Part shown: one piece after another, positions 36,296 through 49,649 of the stretch
Numbering within the stretch: position 1 is the first letter of the stretch
Layout of the letters: each line of letters opens with the position of its first letter
NCBI GenBank assembly: GCA_951406725.2
Contig: OX597821.1
Location: 64,976,001-65,040,000 of the forward strand
Reading direction: 5' to 3'
From: Octopus vulgaris
Taxonomy: Eukaryota
DNA: 64,000 bases
Position numbers and translations under genes: made by a program
The notes under the pieces: generated by a model
Database searches by the model: none
What the model was told of the DNA's origin: nothing
What the model saw: only the letters and a program-made list of their open reading frames with translations

Positions 36296-36503
36296 TATAT
36301 ATATATATGAGAAAAACAACTAGTTTAATCCTCTGATTGAGATATATGTAGTATCAGTACCGAACAGTACTGCCAACATAACGTGGCAGTTCTGAATTAG
36401 GGCTATGTTACTACTCCTTAACCCTGGGAAAACGTCTTTTCCAGCTGGTTTATCGACACATGATCTATATATATATATGTATATATATATGTATATATAT
36501 ATG

Positions 36504-36554
<51 letters not shown>

Positions 36555-36656
36555 TAGCAATATAGGATGAAGTCCCTTTCTCTACAGAAAAGGAATCCAT
36601 CAGGAAGCGTGGGCAGTATATTTTAAAATAACCGTTACGGTTGAAGTATAAACATC

Positions 36657-37270
36657 ATATAATTAAGGGCTAAAGAGGGTTATTCTAAAGCCAATACACT
36701 GATTTATCCACTTATAATCCGCTTGCTACAGGAGCATTGAAACTGAAAACGGGCAACTAACCTTTAGAAAATTTAAATTCCGTTATCTCTATATTGAATC
36801 AATTTCGGAATTAATCTTATAAAAAAGATATATTCTTTCTTCAGTAGAGCTTTCGATGGGATATAAATAAAATACTCACGTATGATCATGGAAAAAGCAC
36901 AAGCTAAAAACATAACTACACTTGAGTACATCATTTATATCTAAAAATAAAAATTCTTTGGTCAGCTTCAGAAACAACGTCTTGATCTTTCGCCGCTACA
37001 AATTGTAATGGTTACCGGTCCTCCCGTAGCAAGCAGCGAGTTTACTACTAGCAATATAGGATGAAGTCCCTTTCTCTACAGAAAAAGCTCTACTGAAGAA
37101 AGAATATATCTTTTTTATAAGATTAATTCCGAAATTGATTCAATATAGAGATAACGGAATTTAAATTTTCTAAAGGTTAGTTGCCCGTTTTCAGTTTCAA
37201 TTCTCCTGTAGCAAGCGGATTATAAGTGGATAAATCAGTGTATTGGCTTTAGAATAACCCTCTTTAGCCC

Positions 37271-37280
<10 letters not shown>
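36657..37280. repeat. Near-perfect ~195-bp inverted repeat with ~230-bp spacer
   Basis: 36657-36853 is the reverse complement of 37084-37280 (one mismatch seen); a ~40-bp direct repeat lies at 36552 and 37046. Confidence 0.9.
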
Positions 37281-37310
<30 letters not shown>

Positions 37311-37312
<2 letters not shown>

Positions 37313-37741
37313 TCTTTACTCTTTTATTCTTTTACTTGTTTCAGTCATTTGACTGCGGCCATGCTGGAGCACCGCCTTTAGTCGAGTAAATCGACCCTGG
37401 GACTTATTCGTTGTAAGCCCAGTACTTATTCTATCGGTCTCTTTTGCCGAACCGCTAAGTGACGGGGACGTAAACACACCAGCATCGGTTGTCATGCAAT
37501 GCTAGGGGGACAAACACAGACACACAAACACACACACATACATATATCTATATATATATATATATATACATATATACGACAGGATTCTTTCAGTTTCCGT
37601 CTACCAAATCCACTCACAAGGCATTGGTCGGCCCGGGGCTATAGCAGAAGACACTCGCCCAAGATGCCACGCAGTGGGACTGAACCCGGAACCATGTGGT
37701 TGGTTAGCGAGCTACTTACCACACAGCCACTCCTGCGCCTA
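37311..37741 (-). mobile_element. SINE family A, full-length
   Basis: Match to the family. Confidence 0.85.
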
Positions 37742-37819
37742 TATATATATTTTCTGTATTGAAATGGAATATATATGTTTCGAATTTCATCTAAATTGCA
37801 GATGAGGGTTATTTTCCTC

Positions 37820-39010
37820 TTAACAACCCCCCCCCCCCCCCAAAAAAAAAATTGTAATCTTGCCACATGTATCCCATACTACTGATTTTATGCGCAGGTT
37901 CCAAAATTCCAGTCTTATTGAACCTGTTAAAAAGATTTTGCTCCTGAAAAATGGTCATGGAGCTCTAAAATGTTAGAGTCAAGGCCCTTGTTGGGGGTGG
38001 GCATCTTAATGTCAACCAGAGAAGTTGAATTGTTGGGAATCTTTTTAACTTGGGTCATATATCTATTGTTTGAATTTCTTTGAAATAGGAAATATATGTT
38101 CACTGGGTTTGTAAAAGAGAGCAAAGCTACAGGAAACCAAAAGACGAATGATCACAATAAGCAGTCAGTTACCCTATCCTAATCGTTACCCCTCCCAATG
38201 TAGGATTCCTCACCATCCAGGTGACAGGCACAGCCGTAAGATGCATTACGAATCTATAGCAATTGGAAGAGCGTGACCCAACTGAAATAAACATTAACAA
38301 CTGTGTGACTTGAGGGCTAAAGAGAAATGAAAGTGTCACCTCTGGTGTTTGCAAATGATCACTATACTGATACGTAACTGGACAGAATAAATTTACAATT
38401 TATAAATGTCTCTGAATAACCAGTCACTCATCTGGGAAGGCTTTGAAATCTATGTTACCATATGGAGACTATGTGTGACCGAGTGATAATAAAAAGACTG
38501 AAAGGAGGTCTGCAATCAAATAACTTTACTCAACACTGAATCGGTGGAGGCAAAGATGCCTCTCATTACACTTGACAATTTAAGTACCACATTGAAAAAG
38601 TCCCAGTCTAAGTGTATGTCAAAGCAAACTCTTACACTGCTGTACCATTGAATTACAAATAATGCTCATCTTTTATGCTCGGGTAACCATACAGCTTCGA
38701 AGAGTACAACTGTATTCGTCTTTGCTTAGATAAAATGAGAAAATTGTGGGTGTTAAGTCCCCATGGAGGGGTCTTTCTAACTTGTAAGAAGATGAAATTT
38801 TATAAATATTACTTCATTTGTGTCTAATATCTATGGTTAAATTTTCATCAACAGCAAAAATATATGAATTGTCATGGGGGTTATGGCCCATATGCAGAGA
38901 ATATAATTTCTAAATTTCATAAAGATCCATTCAGTACCTTTGACCTGGTTTTTGATCATAAAAGAAAAAACTAAAATTTGGGAGTTAAGGCCCCAATTAG
39001 GGTGTTATAT
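37820..39010. mobile_element. Putative old DNA-transposon-like repeat
   Basis: 37850-38212 is the reverse complement of 15957-16335; weak terminal IR (TAACAACCC / GGGTGTTA). No recognisable transposase. Confidence 0.4.
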
Positions 39011-39366
39011 TACTCTTTTACTCTTTTACTTGTTTCAGTCATTTGACTGCAGCCATGCTGGAGCACCGCCAGTACTTATTCTATCGGTCTCTTTTGCCGA
39101 ACCGCTAAGTGACGGGGACGTAAACACACCAACATCGGTTGTCAAGCAATGCTAGGGGACAAACACAGACACAAACACATACACACACATATATATACAT
39201 ATATACGACGGGCTTCTTTCAGTTTCCGTCTACCAAATCCACTCACAAGGCATTGGTCGGCCCGAGGCTATAGCAGAAGACACTTGCCCAAGATGCCACG
39301 CAGTGGGACTGAACCCGGAACCATGTGGTTGATTAGCAAGCTACTTACCACACAGTCACTCCTGCG

Positions 39367-39462
<96 letters not shown>

Positions 39463-39501
39463 AAGAGAGGGAGAGAGATAAATATATATATATATATATA
39501 T

Positions 39502-39568
<67 letters not shown>

Positions 39569-39589
39569 GGACAGATAGATAGATACACA

Positions 39590-39861
39590 CACACATACAA
39601 AGATAAATTGATAGATACAACTGAGTGGGAAGATAAAAATATGAGACACACCCTAGTGCTTTTTTTGTGTTGATAAGCCTGGTACTTATTCTATTAGTTT
39701 GTTCTTGTGAAACCAGTAAGTTATGGGGATGTAAATAAATGAACAGCAGTTGTGAAGCAGTGATGAGGGCGAAACACAGAGACAAAGACACACACATACA
39801 TTTACATATATACATACATATATATACGATTGATTTGTTTCGGTTCCTCTCTACGAAATCC

Positions 39862-39892
<31 letters not shown>

Positions 39893-40160
39893 CACATAAA
39901 GATAAATTGATAGATACAACTGAGTGGGCAAAGAAAAATGTGAGACACCCCCTAGTGCTTTTTTTAAATTTTGATAAGCGTGGTACGTATTCTATCAGTT
40001 TCTTCTTGTGAAACCAGTAAGTTATGGTAATGTAAATAAACGAACACAAGTTGTGAAGCAGTGATGAGGGAGAAGCAGAAAGACACACACATAGACTTTC
40101 ATATACACACATATATATATATACAATTGATTTCTTTCAGTTTCTGTCTACAAAATCCAC
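39590..40160. repeat. Diverged ~300-bp tandem duplication
   Basis: AAAGATAAATTGATAGATACAACTGAGTGGG...CCCTAGTGCT plus the old SINE A tail occur at both ~39598 and ~39898. Confidence 0.8.
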
Positions 40161-40514
40161 TGACAATGATTTGGTTGGTCTGAGGCTATAGCAGAAGACA
40201 CATGCCAAGTAACCACACAGTGGGACTGAACTCAGGACCAAGTGTTTTGGAACCAAGTTTGTTACCACACAGTCACACCTGCACCTATCTATGTTTGTGT
40301 GGGGTGGGGGTGTATATGTGTGTATGGGTGTATATATGTATGCATGTATATATGTGTATATATATGTGTATTTATTACATGTACATCTATATATATATAT
40401 ATATACACACATGTACACATGCATGTATATATATTCATCTATATCTATAGAAATGCATCTATACATATACAGCTATACATGTACATGTATACATATACAT
40501 CTATATATATATAC

Positions 40515-40556
<42 letters not shown>

Positions 40557-40560
40557 ATAT

Positions 40561-40600
<40 letters not shown>

Positions 40601-40739
40601 ATATATGGATGTATATATATATATATATATAGTACGTTTATATATTTGTTGTGCATGTAAATTTAAATTTGAAATAATAATGGTGAAAAATTGAATATTA
40701 GTTTGATTAATATGAATTTAAAACCAGTGGTGTAGCATA

Positions 40740-41072
40740 TAAGACGATAGCGGATCTTCTTCTAGCACAATGGATGTCCAGTTCATCTCTGTTATATAAT
40801 AGTTTGACTTTAATAGTTTCAGTATTAAAGTGAAAGCATGTGACATTACAATAGAGAGATGATTTTGTTTCACTTTTAACACGTAATACTGAAATAGTGG
40901 GGAAGATATGACATTGCTGTTGGCTCGTACTAGGCAAAATGTTAAAAAAAAATGTTTTGCCCATGACACTACATGGACCCTAAGTAAGGCATATGTAAAA
41001 TTTGAATGAAATTGGTTTTGTAGTTCTCAAGTTTTAGGGATTCACACAGACACACACACACACACATTCATT
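40740..41072 (-). mobile_element. Helitron-like family 5' fragment
   Basis: Reverse complement of the family 5' region (CCCTAAAACTTGAGAACTACA...). Confidence 0.7.
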
Positions 41073-43279
41073 CAGCTGTAAAAATGAGTTGAGAACTTTA
41101 CTAGTGCCAGGCCGTATCGTCCTTGACCTTTCTCTTGATGACATCGGTGACGTGGAGAGGGAAGGCTGGTATGCATGGGCAACCGCTGGCCTTCCATAAA
41201 AAAAAACCTCGCATAGATTTGTGCCTGGGAGGGGAAATTATCTAGGAGCAATCCCATGGTCCTTCATGGCCTAAGGGGGTCTTTTTACTTTCAGTCAACT
41301 ATTTTTAACTGAAGTACAAGTAAATCATAGAGTTAAAAGACAACAGCCCACGGTTAATCAGTTAGTCAGGACATAACGCTATTAGTTTCTCGGAATCCTC
41401 TCTGTCTACATAGTGAGTGAGAGAGAGAGGGAGAGAGAGAGAGAGAGAGAGAGATGAGAGAGAGACTGGATTTTCAACCAGGAATCGAAACCTCAGTCTC
41501 AGTGCCTCTGTTTGCTGCTTCCCATTGTTCTTTACACGCACTCGGAATATCTGTGTCATCTGTCAACTTTCTCAACAAATTTAGTAAAACTGAATTCATC
41601 TCAGATATACAATTCGCTTTTATTGTTATTGACCTAGTTCTAATTCTATGACAGGTATACATTTGAGACGCTTATAATAGGACAACCCTTCTCTCCTCGG
41701 TAATGTCAGCGATGTAATATCTCTAACTTCCTCTTCGCTCTGCAAATGTCGGACAGGTTACATCTCAAGTCGATAAAAAATTGTTCGCAAAAAATAAGAT
41801 TAATATTTATGAGCACCCAATCTCTCCCGTAGAGAGTGCTTAAATGTTGACATTTTATAATTGCTAATTCTCTTTTCTCTTTCTATTTTCTTCTGTCTGT
41901 CTGTCAGTCTGTCTGTCTCTGTCTGTCTCTGTCTGCCTGTCCCTCTCTCGTCAACTTAATAGTAAGTTTTCTGCAGCAATCGGAGATTCTCTATTAACAG
42001 ACTTACATTTGCAATTCACTTCCAACTGGTACAAATAGTGATAAATTTCGCAATAGTTATCTAAAAAAGCCATGATAACATCTAAAAGCTGTATGTATAA
42101 ATCACCTGTCAATTTATTTCAAACATCCTGAAATTATCAACTATGCATTTTGCAGCCTATCTTCAAACGCAGCCTCCGCCAATCATCTCTTAACAATCAC
42201 AATTATGCGATTACAATCTCGTAGCTGTCACAATCTGTGCATGTCACATATAACCGTTACGATACCAATACGAGAAATCGCTATTGCTTCTGGTTCCTCA
42301 GACTATATTTAAAGTTTTGTCTACGTCTGCGAAATTATTGTCCTTGCAGCTTTGTTGTCTGTCCAGCCTTTCTCTCTCTGTCCGCCTTTGTCTCTTTCTC
42401 TCTCTCTCTCTCTCTCATTCACTCTCAGTCTCACTCTCTCACTCTCTCTAGGCCACTCACTAGCTCACTCTGGTCACCACTTGTTTGAATTTCTTTAGTC
42501 TCACGCGTTCTATCTCTCCCGCAAGTTCTCTCACGACTTCTGCTCGTTTCTCTCCATACATAGATATTTATAAAGTAATTTCTTCCTCTGTTTCTCTCGG
42601 GAACAAAAGCCACTTCTTAAGGTAATAATATAAACTGTTATTGGAATCTATCTAAATCTACCTAAATTCCTTTATTAATACAGTATCTCTACGAGTAACT
42701 TATTCTTCAGCATTAAAAAATGGTGTAGGACTCTTTTAGATAATACAGTTTCAAATTTTGGCTTAGATTACATGAATCCCACAACTTAAATAGTACTGAT
42801 ATTCTTTTCTACTCTAGGCACAAGAGCCTAAATTTTGGGGGAGGGGAGCAGTCGATTAGATCGGCCCCCAGTACGCAACAGGCACTGAATTTATCGACCA
42901 CCGAGAGGATGAAAGGCAAAGTCAACTTCGGCTAAATTTGAACTCAGAACGTAAAGACAGACGAAAGCATTTCGCCCGGCATGCTAACGTATCTGCCAAC
43001 TCGCCGCCTTAAAATAGTACTTATATCGACACCATCACTCGCTACCTTGTGTGGCTTTAATGAACTGCCTGTTTGTGGTAAACATCTTGCTTGTCTCCAG
43101 TTTGTGGACAACTCTCTCTCTTTCCTATCAGTCATGGAGGTCCTGTAAAGGAACGTCGACAGTGCATGACCGTAGAACATTCGGACTGAGAAGAAATACT
43201 GCAAAGCGCTCCAAAAATTATGACAATTCCGCTTGATAATAATGTTCTTCAAACTTTCGCACAAGTTCGAGGAAGAGAG

Positions 43280-44065
43280 GGAGGGTGAGTGGCCCTAGTG
43301 CTCCACTGGTACGTATATCATCGACCCGGAAAGGATTATAGATAAACTCGACCTCGGCTGAATCCCAAATGAGAAAGTAAAGACAGGCGAACTGCAGATA
43401 CGATAAGCATTTTGCCCAGTGCGCTAACCATTTTGTTAATTCACCGCCTTAAACTCGTCTTCATGAATTCAAATTTTGGCACAAGGCCAGCAATTTCTGG
43501 GGAGGGTGTGAGTCGATTATATCGACCTTAGTGCGTAACTAGTACTTATGTTATCGACCTCAAAAGGCAAAGTCGACCTCCACGGAATTTGAACTCAGAA
43601 CATATATAGGGACGAACTGCCGCTAAACATATTGCCCGGTGTGCTAACGATTCTTATTTCTTTATTGCCCACAAGGGACTAAACATAGAGGGGACAAACA
43701 AGGACAGACAAACGGATTAAGTCGATTACATCGACCCCAAAGCGTAACTGGTACTTAATTTATCGACCCCGAATCGATGAAAGGGAAAGTCGACATCGGC
43801 GGAAGTTGAACTCAGAACGTAACGGCAGACGAAACACTTATTTCTTACTACCCACAAGGGGCTAAACACAGAGGGGACAAACAAGGACAGACACACGGAT
43901 TAAGTCGATTATATGGACACCAGTGCTTAACTGGTACTTATTTAATCGACCCCGAAAGGATGAAAGGCAAAGTCGACCTCGGCGGAATTTGAACTCAGAA
44001 CGTAGCGGCAGGCGAAATACCGCTTAGCATTTCGCCCGGCATACTAACGTTTCTGCCAGTTCCCC
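43280..44065 (-). mobile_element. SINE family B cluster including a nested trimer
   Basis: Four core copies on the minus strand; two carry the TGTCC...GCCCCTTGTGGG...AAAGAAAT tail. Confidence 0.8.
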
Positions 44066-45485
44066 ATCCCCTTCGTTGTGGCATTAATAATATATAGAAG
44101 CGTGTCGTGCTCACAATTAGCATGATCTGTGATCCAAGCAGTCAACATGTGTATTAATACATTGTTTAAGATAAGGAAATGATGCACTGAGATCATACAA
44201 TGCTATAGGGTCTTGAAAACAATTATCTATATTGCATAAATTATAGTAATGAATTTCTCTTGAGACAGTTACGTTCTCCGACCATTGTAGTACACTGCTA
44301 GAGCAAGAATAAGATTGAATGAAAGCGCTCATGCATGGACATGTATGCACGGAGAATTTCGAGTGCGAAATAACAATAAGAAAAAGAGAAAAGAAAAACT
44401 ACCATCCGACATGACATGATGGCATTCAAATACGTTCACACACATACATACATACATACATACATACATACATACACACACATACATACATACATACATA
44501 CATACATACATACATACATACATACATACATACATACATACATACACACATACATACATACACTCATACATAGATACAGGCGCATAGATACATATGTTGT
44601 TGTTTGTAATGGACTGTTAAGTCCAAGAATTAAAAAGTTGTAAAAGTTGTAAGAGGTTTAATACCTCGTTTTGTGTTTGGTTTTAAAGAACAATGTTTTA
44701 GAGAAGCAGAAGTCGGCGGGCGCTTTTTGTCTTCTCCCATCCTTATCATCTTTCTTTCATTATCATTCATTTCATTAATGTCCTCGTCCAGCCCGCAAAG
44801 CTACTTTACTCTATGTACTGCCTTTATGGCAAATGTAATGAAATAAAGAAATTTGCTTCTCACCAACATGGTTCCGGGGTTCAGTCCCACTGCGTGGCAC
44901 CTTAGGCAAGTGTCTTCTCCTATAGCCACGGGCTGACCAAAGCTGTGTGAGTGGATTTAGTAGACGGAAACTGAAAGAAGCCCGTCGTATATATGTATGT
45001 ATATATATATATATATATATATTTACTCTTTTACTTGTTTCAGTCATTTGACTGCGGCCATGCTAGACCACCGCCTTTAGTCGAGCAAATCAACCCAGGG
45101 ACTTATTCTTTTGAAGTAATTATTCTATCGGTCGCTTTTGCCGAACCGCTAAGTTACGGGGACGTAAACACACCACTATCGGTTGTCAAGCGTAGTTGGG
45201 GGAACAAACACAGACACACAAACATATACACACATATACATATATATATATATATATATGCATATATACGACGGTCTCTCTTCAGTTTCCGTCTACCAAA
45301 TCCACTCACAAGGCTTTGGTCGGCCCGAGGCTATAGTAGAAGACACTTACCGAAGGTGCCACGGAGTGAGACTGAAACCGGAACCATGTAGTTGGTAAGC
45401 AAGGTACTTACTACACAGTCACGGTAAATAGGAAAATGGAGAGGCTACAAAAACAACATACATCAGCCTATAGACTTTCTAGTGC

Positions 45486-45537
<52 letters not shown>

Positions 45538-47650
45538 TAGGAAAGAATGGAGCTTAACAAAGTTCCCTTATTTTATTATCGACATATGTTTCGAAGTCTG
45601 CAAAATCCCTAATTCCGAATGAATAAGAAGTCCATTATGGAGCTTTCTCTTCAGTTTGCTACTCAGGTATCGGTTATCTTTCGAATTATCCGTAATAAGA
45701 TAATTCATTTGTCTACTTATATATATATATAATATACACATACGTGTATACATACATGCGTGTATGTGTGTGTGTGAGTATGTATTTATCTATGTATTTG
45801 AAGCATTTGCACTGTGTATTCAACTATCGGTTTTGTGTAAAGTTTGATTTTGCTTTCCATATTCAACATGTTACAACAAGCAGCTCTCTGTCGTGCAATC
45901 TTCTCACATGTTCTCATTTATCGATACTACGATTTGCTATGCTCTCTCTCCTAAAGTAGTGAAAATACCGTAGCGTTCCCATCCATATTCACTGATACAT
46001 CGACGAAGCTATTACGTAAACACGTGTCTTGCTAGAAATAACAATTAAATTCTCTTCAGCTTCACAGTGCTGTTTTTAGAGATAGAAGGATTGTATCGAC
46101 TAGAAGCTTGCTTCCCTACCACATTGTTCGGGATTCAGTCCCACTACGTGACGACTTGGGCAACTGTTCTAAACTGTAGCCTCGGGCCAACCAAAGACTT
46201 GTGAGTGGATTGCGTAGACCGAAACCGAAAGAACCCCATCGTATATATATATATATATGGATGTGTGTGTGTGTGTGTGTGTGTGTGCGTGCGTGTGTGT
46301 GTTATTGTGTGCGTGTGAATGTGTGTGTATGTGCGTGTGCACGTGCGTGTGTGTATACGTGTTTGTGCGTGTGCCTGTATTTGTGTCTGGTTTCGTTCCC
46401 CACCAGCGCTTGACAATCGGTGTTGATGTGCTTACGGCTGCCGTAACTTAGCGGTTCGGCTAAAGATATCAATACAACAAGTACCAGGGCTTAAAAGCAG
46501 TATTTGGATCAATTCATTTAACTAAATATAATTATTCAAGGGTATGCCCCAGCATGGCCGAAGTCAAATGACTGGAACAAATAAAAAAAAATTGCTAAAA
46601 GCATAAAAGGATAAAAGTTATAACTGAGCGGTAAACATGCAATTTACAGCCGTAAAGAAGTGCATGTAAATTGCCCTAAAAAAGTGAAAGTAAATTGCGA
46701 GGATAGTGACATCCGAAAATCTTTTTTTTTTTTAAATGAGAACATAGGCGCAAGAGTGGTTGTGTGGTAAGAAGCTTGCTTCCCAACATCATGTTTCCGG
46801 GTTCAGTTCCCCTGCGTGGCACCTTGGGCAAGTATCTTCAAATATAACCTCGGGCCGACACCAAAGTCTTGCGAGTGGATTTGGTAGACGGAAACTGAAA
46901 GAAGCCCGTCATATATATGTGTGTGAATGTGTGCGTGTGTGTGTGTTTGTGTCTGTGTCTGTCTCCCCTCCATCGCTTGACAACCACTGTCGTGTATTTA
47001 CCACCACCTAACTTATCGGTTAACCAAAGACACCGATAGAATAAGTACTAGGCTTACAAAGAATAAGTCCTCGGATCGATATTTTTCGACTGAAAGCGGT
47101 GCAAGACCGCAGTCAAATGACTGAAACATGTTTTTAAAAAAAACTCTTTATTCCACGTTCACAGGCAAATATAAGTATCTCAAAAATGGCAGCTACGGTA
47201 CACCGTACCAGTATACATTATCCACTAACAAAAACCACTGAGAAGGTAACTCGGTGGCTTGCATTTGGACGCATGATAACCAAAACGGTTAGATTTAAGC
47301 AAGGCAATAATCCTGCATGATTAACGAGCTGTACTGAAAAAACCGACGGGAAGTGGTGATGTAAGCACTATACATTGGCTACGTAACTACATATTGTTTA
47401 CAAGATATTTTGGAATGTTAAGGCGGCGAGCTTGAAGAAATGTTAGCAAGCCTGGCGAAATGCTTAGTGTTATTTCGTTTGTTTTTACGTTTTGAGTTCA
47501 AATTCCGTCGGGGTCGACTTTGCCTTCCATCCTTTCGGGGTCGATAAATTAAGTACCAGTTGCGTACTGGGGTCGATATAATTGTAGCCCCGCTTCTCCC
47601 AAAATGTCGGGCCTTGTGCCTAGAATAGAAAAGAATATGTCTGCGAACTA

Positions 47651-48241
47651 AAGGCGGCATGCTGGCAGAAACGTTAGCACATCGGGCGAAATGCTTAGCG
47701 GTATTTTGTCTGCTGCTACGTTCTAAGTTCAAATTCTGCCGAGGTCGACTTTGCCTTTCTACCTTTCGGGGTCGATTAAATAAGTACCAGTTATGCACTG
47801 GGGTCGATGTAATCGACTTAATCCGTTTGTCTGTCCTTGTTTGTCCTCTCTGTGTTTAGCCTGTTGTGGGTAGTAAAGAAATAGAAATAAGTATTTCGTT
47901 TACCGTTACGTTCTGAGTTCAAATTCCGCCGAGGTCGACTTTGCCTTTCATCCTTTCGGGGTCGATTCAATAAGTACCAGTTACGCACTGGAGTCGATAT
48001 AATCGACTTAATCCGTTTGTTTGTCCTTGTTTGTCCTCTCTGTGTGTAGCCCCTTGTGGGCAGTAAAGAAATAGGTATTTCGTCCGTCTTTACGTTCTGA
48101 GTTCAAATTCCGCCGAAGTCGACTTTACCTTTCATCCTTTCAGTGTCGATAAAATCAGTACCAGTTGCGTTCTGAGGAGTCAACCTACTCGACTGGCCCC
48201 CTCCCCAAAATTGTGTGTCTTGTTCCTAGAGTAGAAAAGAT
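47651..48241 (+). mobile_element. SINE family B, nested tandem trimer
   Basis: Head AAGGCGGCGAGCTGGCAGAATCGTTAG, core GAGGTCGACTTTGCCTTTCATCCTTTCGGGGTCGATAAATTAAGTACCAG present three times. Other copies at about 315-460(+), 470-665(-), 702-915(+), 1150-1325(+), 22222-22560(+), 29395-29575(+), 33205-33400(-), 42805-43012(-), 47420-47638(+), 49062-49270(+), 50205-50375(-), 58147-58310(-), 61510-62060(+), 62258-62475(+). Confidence 0.85.
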
Positions 48242-49365
48242 ATTACCGAATGTTAATCACGTCACTACCGGTTTCTAGCGCAATTTACTTTAATTTTGTT
48301 CTGTTTTTAGATAAGGTTATGTTTACGACCGTAAATTACGGGTTAATCAACTGACTTACTGTTGACTATTGCGTTTATTAGCCAACTAGGATAGTGAACC
48401 ATATTCACTACATAAAGTAAATAAATGATTTGCTTCTGCTTTATTCCGTACACTGCTAGTCACCTCAAACGTTGAGAATTCCTTATCGTCAAACATCAAC
48501 ATGTGTGGAGGCGCAATGGCCCAGTGGTTAGGACAGCAGACTCACGGTCGTAAGAACGCGGTTTCGATTCCCAGACCGGGCAGTGTGAGTGTTTATTCAG
48601 CAAAAACACCTAAGCTCCAAGAAACTCCGACGGTGGCGGGTGAACCCCGCTGTACTCTTTCACCACAACTTTCTCTCGCTCTTTCTTCCTACTTCTGCCA
48701 CAAAGCAGAAGAACCATGGTGTAACCCACTATGGTGTGGTAAACTTTCAGACCCTAGTCTAGATTGCGAATCCTCTGGAACCCTGGATTGTTCAGCTCTC
48801 CACCCGTTAAAAGCCTTCGTTTACGGAATGAGGATAACAACGTAGCTTTCGCGCCCGTGCAACCGCCAGTCTGTCGCGTGTGGTGGGTGGATCTTCAAGT
48901 TGCCACACGCATTCTCAGTAGCTTAGAGTAGGCTCGATTAGAGATTATTTTTTGTGGCTAATGACGTGAGTCCTGATTAGAAGAAGACATCAACATGTAT
49001 GGGACAGACTTTGGATATTCGGAACAGATTTAGAATATCGTAGTTAATATAAAAATACATTAAGGCGACGAGCTGGTAGAATAGTTAGCACACCGGACGG
49101 GATGCTTAATGGCATTTAGTCCGTCTTTACGTACAGTGTTCAAATTCCGCCGAAGTCGATATTACCTTTCGTTGTCGATACAATAAGTACCAGTTGAGCA
49201 CTAGGGTCGATTTTAATCGACTTAGCCCCTCGACAAAACGGCTGGTCTTCTGCCAAAATATGAAGCCAATATATAAATAAAGTTGGAAATTTCTTTTGAT
49301 TTTGATTTTTAAATTCTGTATTCCATAAGTTCGGTTAATTGCTTCAGTTGAGAGAACAAAACTCC

Positions 49366-49649
49366 GTTTATTTTCCATGTTTTACTTGTTTGAGTCATAG
49401 AACTGCGTTGTGCCCATGCAGGGGCAGCGCTTCGAAGGGTTTAGCTGAACATATCGACTCCGATGACGTACTTTAAGTCTGGAAGGTATCGTATCCGTCT
49501 CTTTCGCACGAAAGAGACGGATACGATACCTTCCAGACTTAAGGTACGTCATCGGAGTCGATATGTTCAGCTAAACCCTTCGAAGCGCTGCCCCTGCATG
49601 GGCACAACGCAGTTCTATGACTCAAACAAGTAAAACATGGAAAATAAAC
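49366..49649. repeat. 284-bp near-perfect palindrome
   Basis: 141-bp arms (49366-49506 / 49509-49649), 2-nt centre CA, one mismatch seen. Confidence 0.95.
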
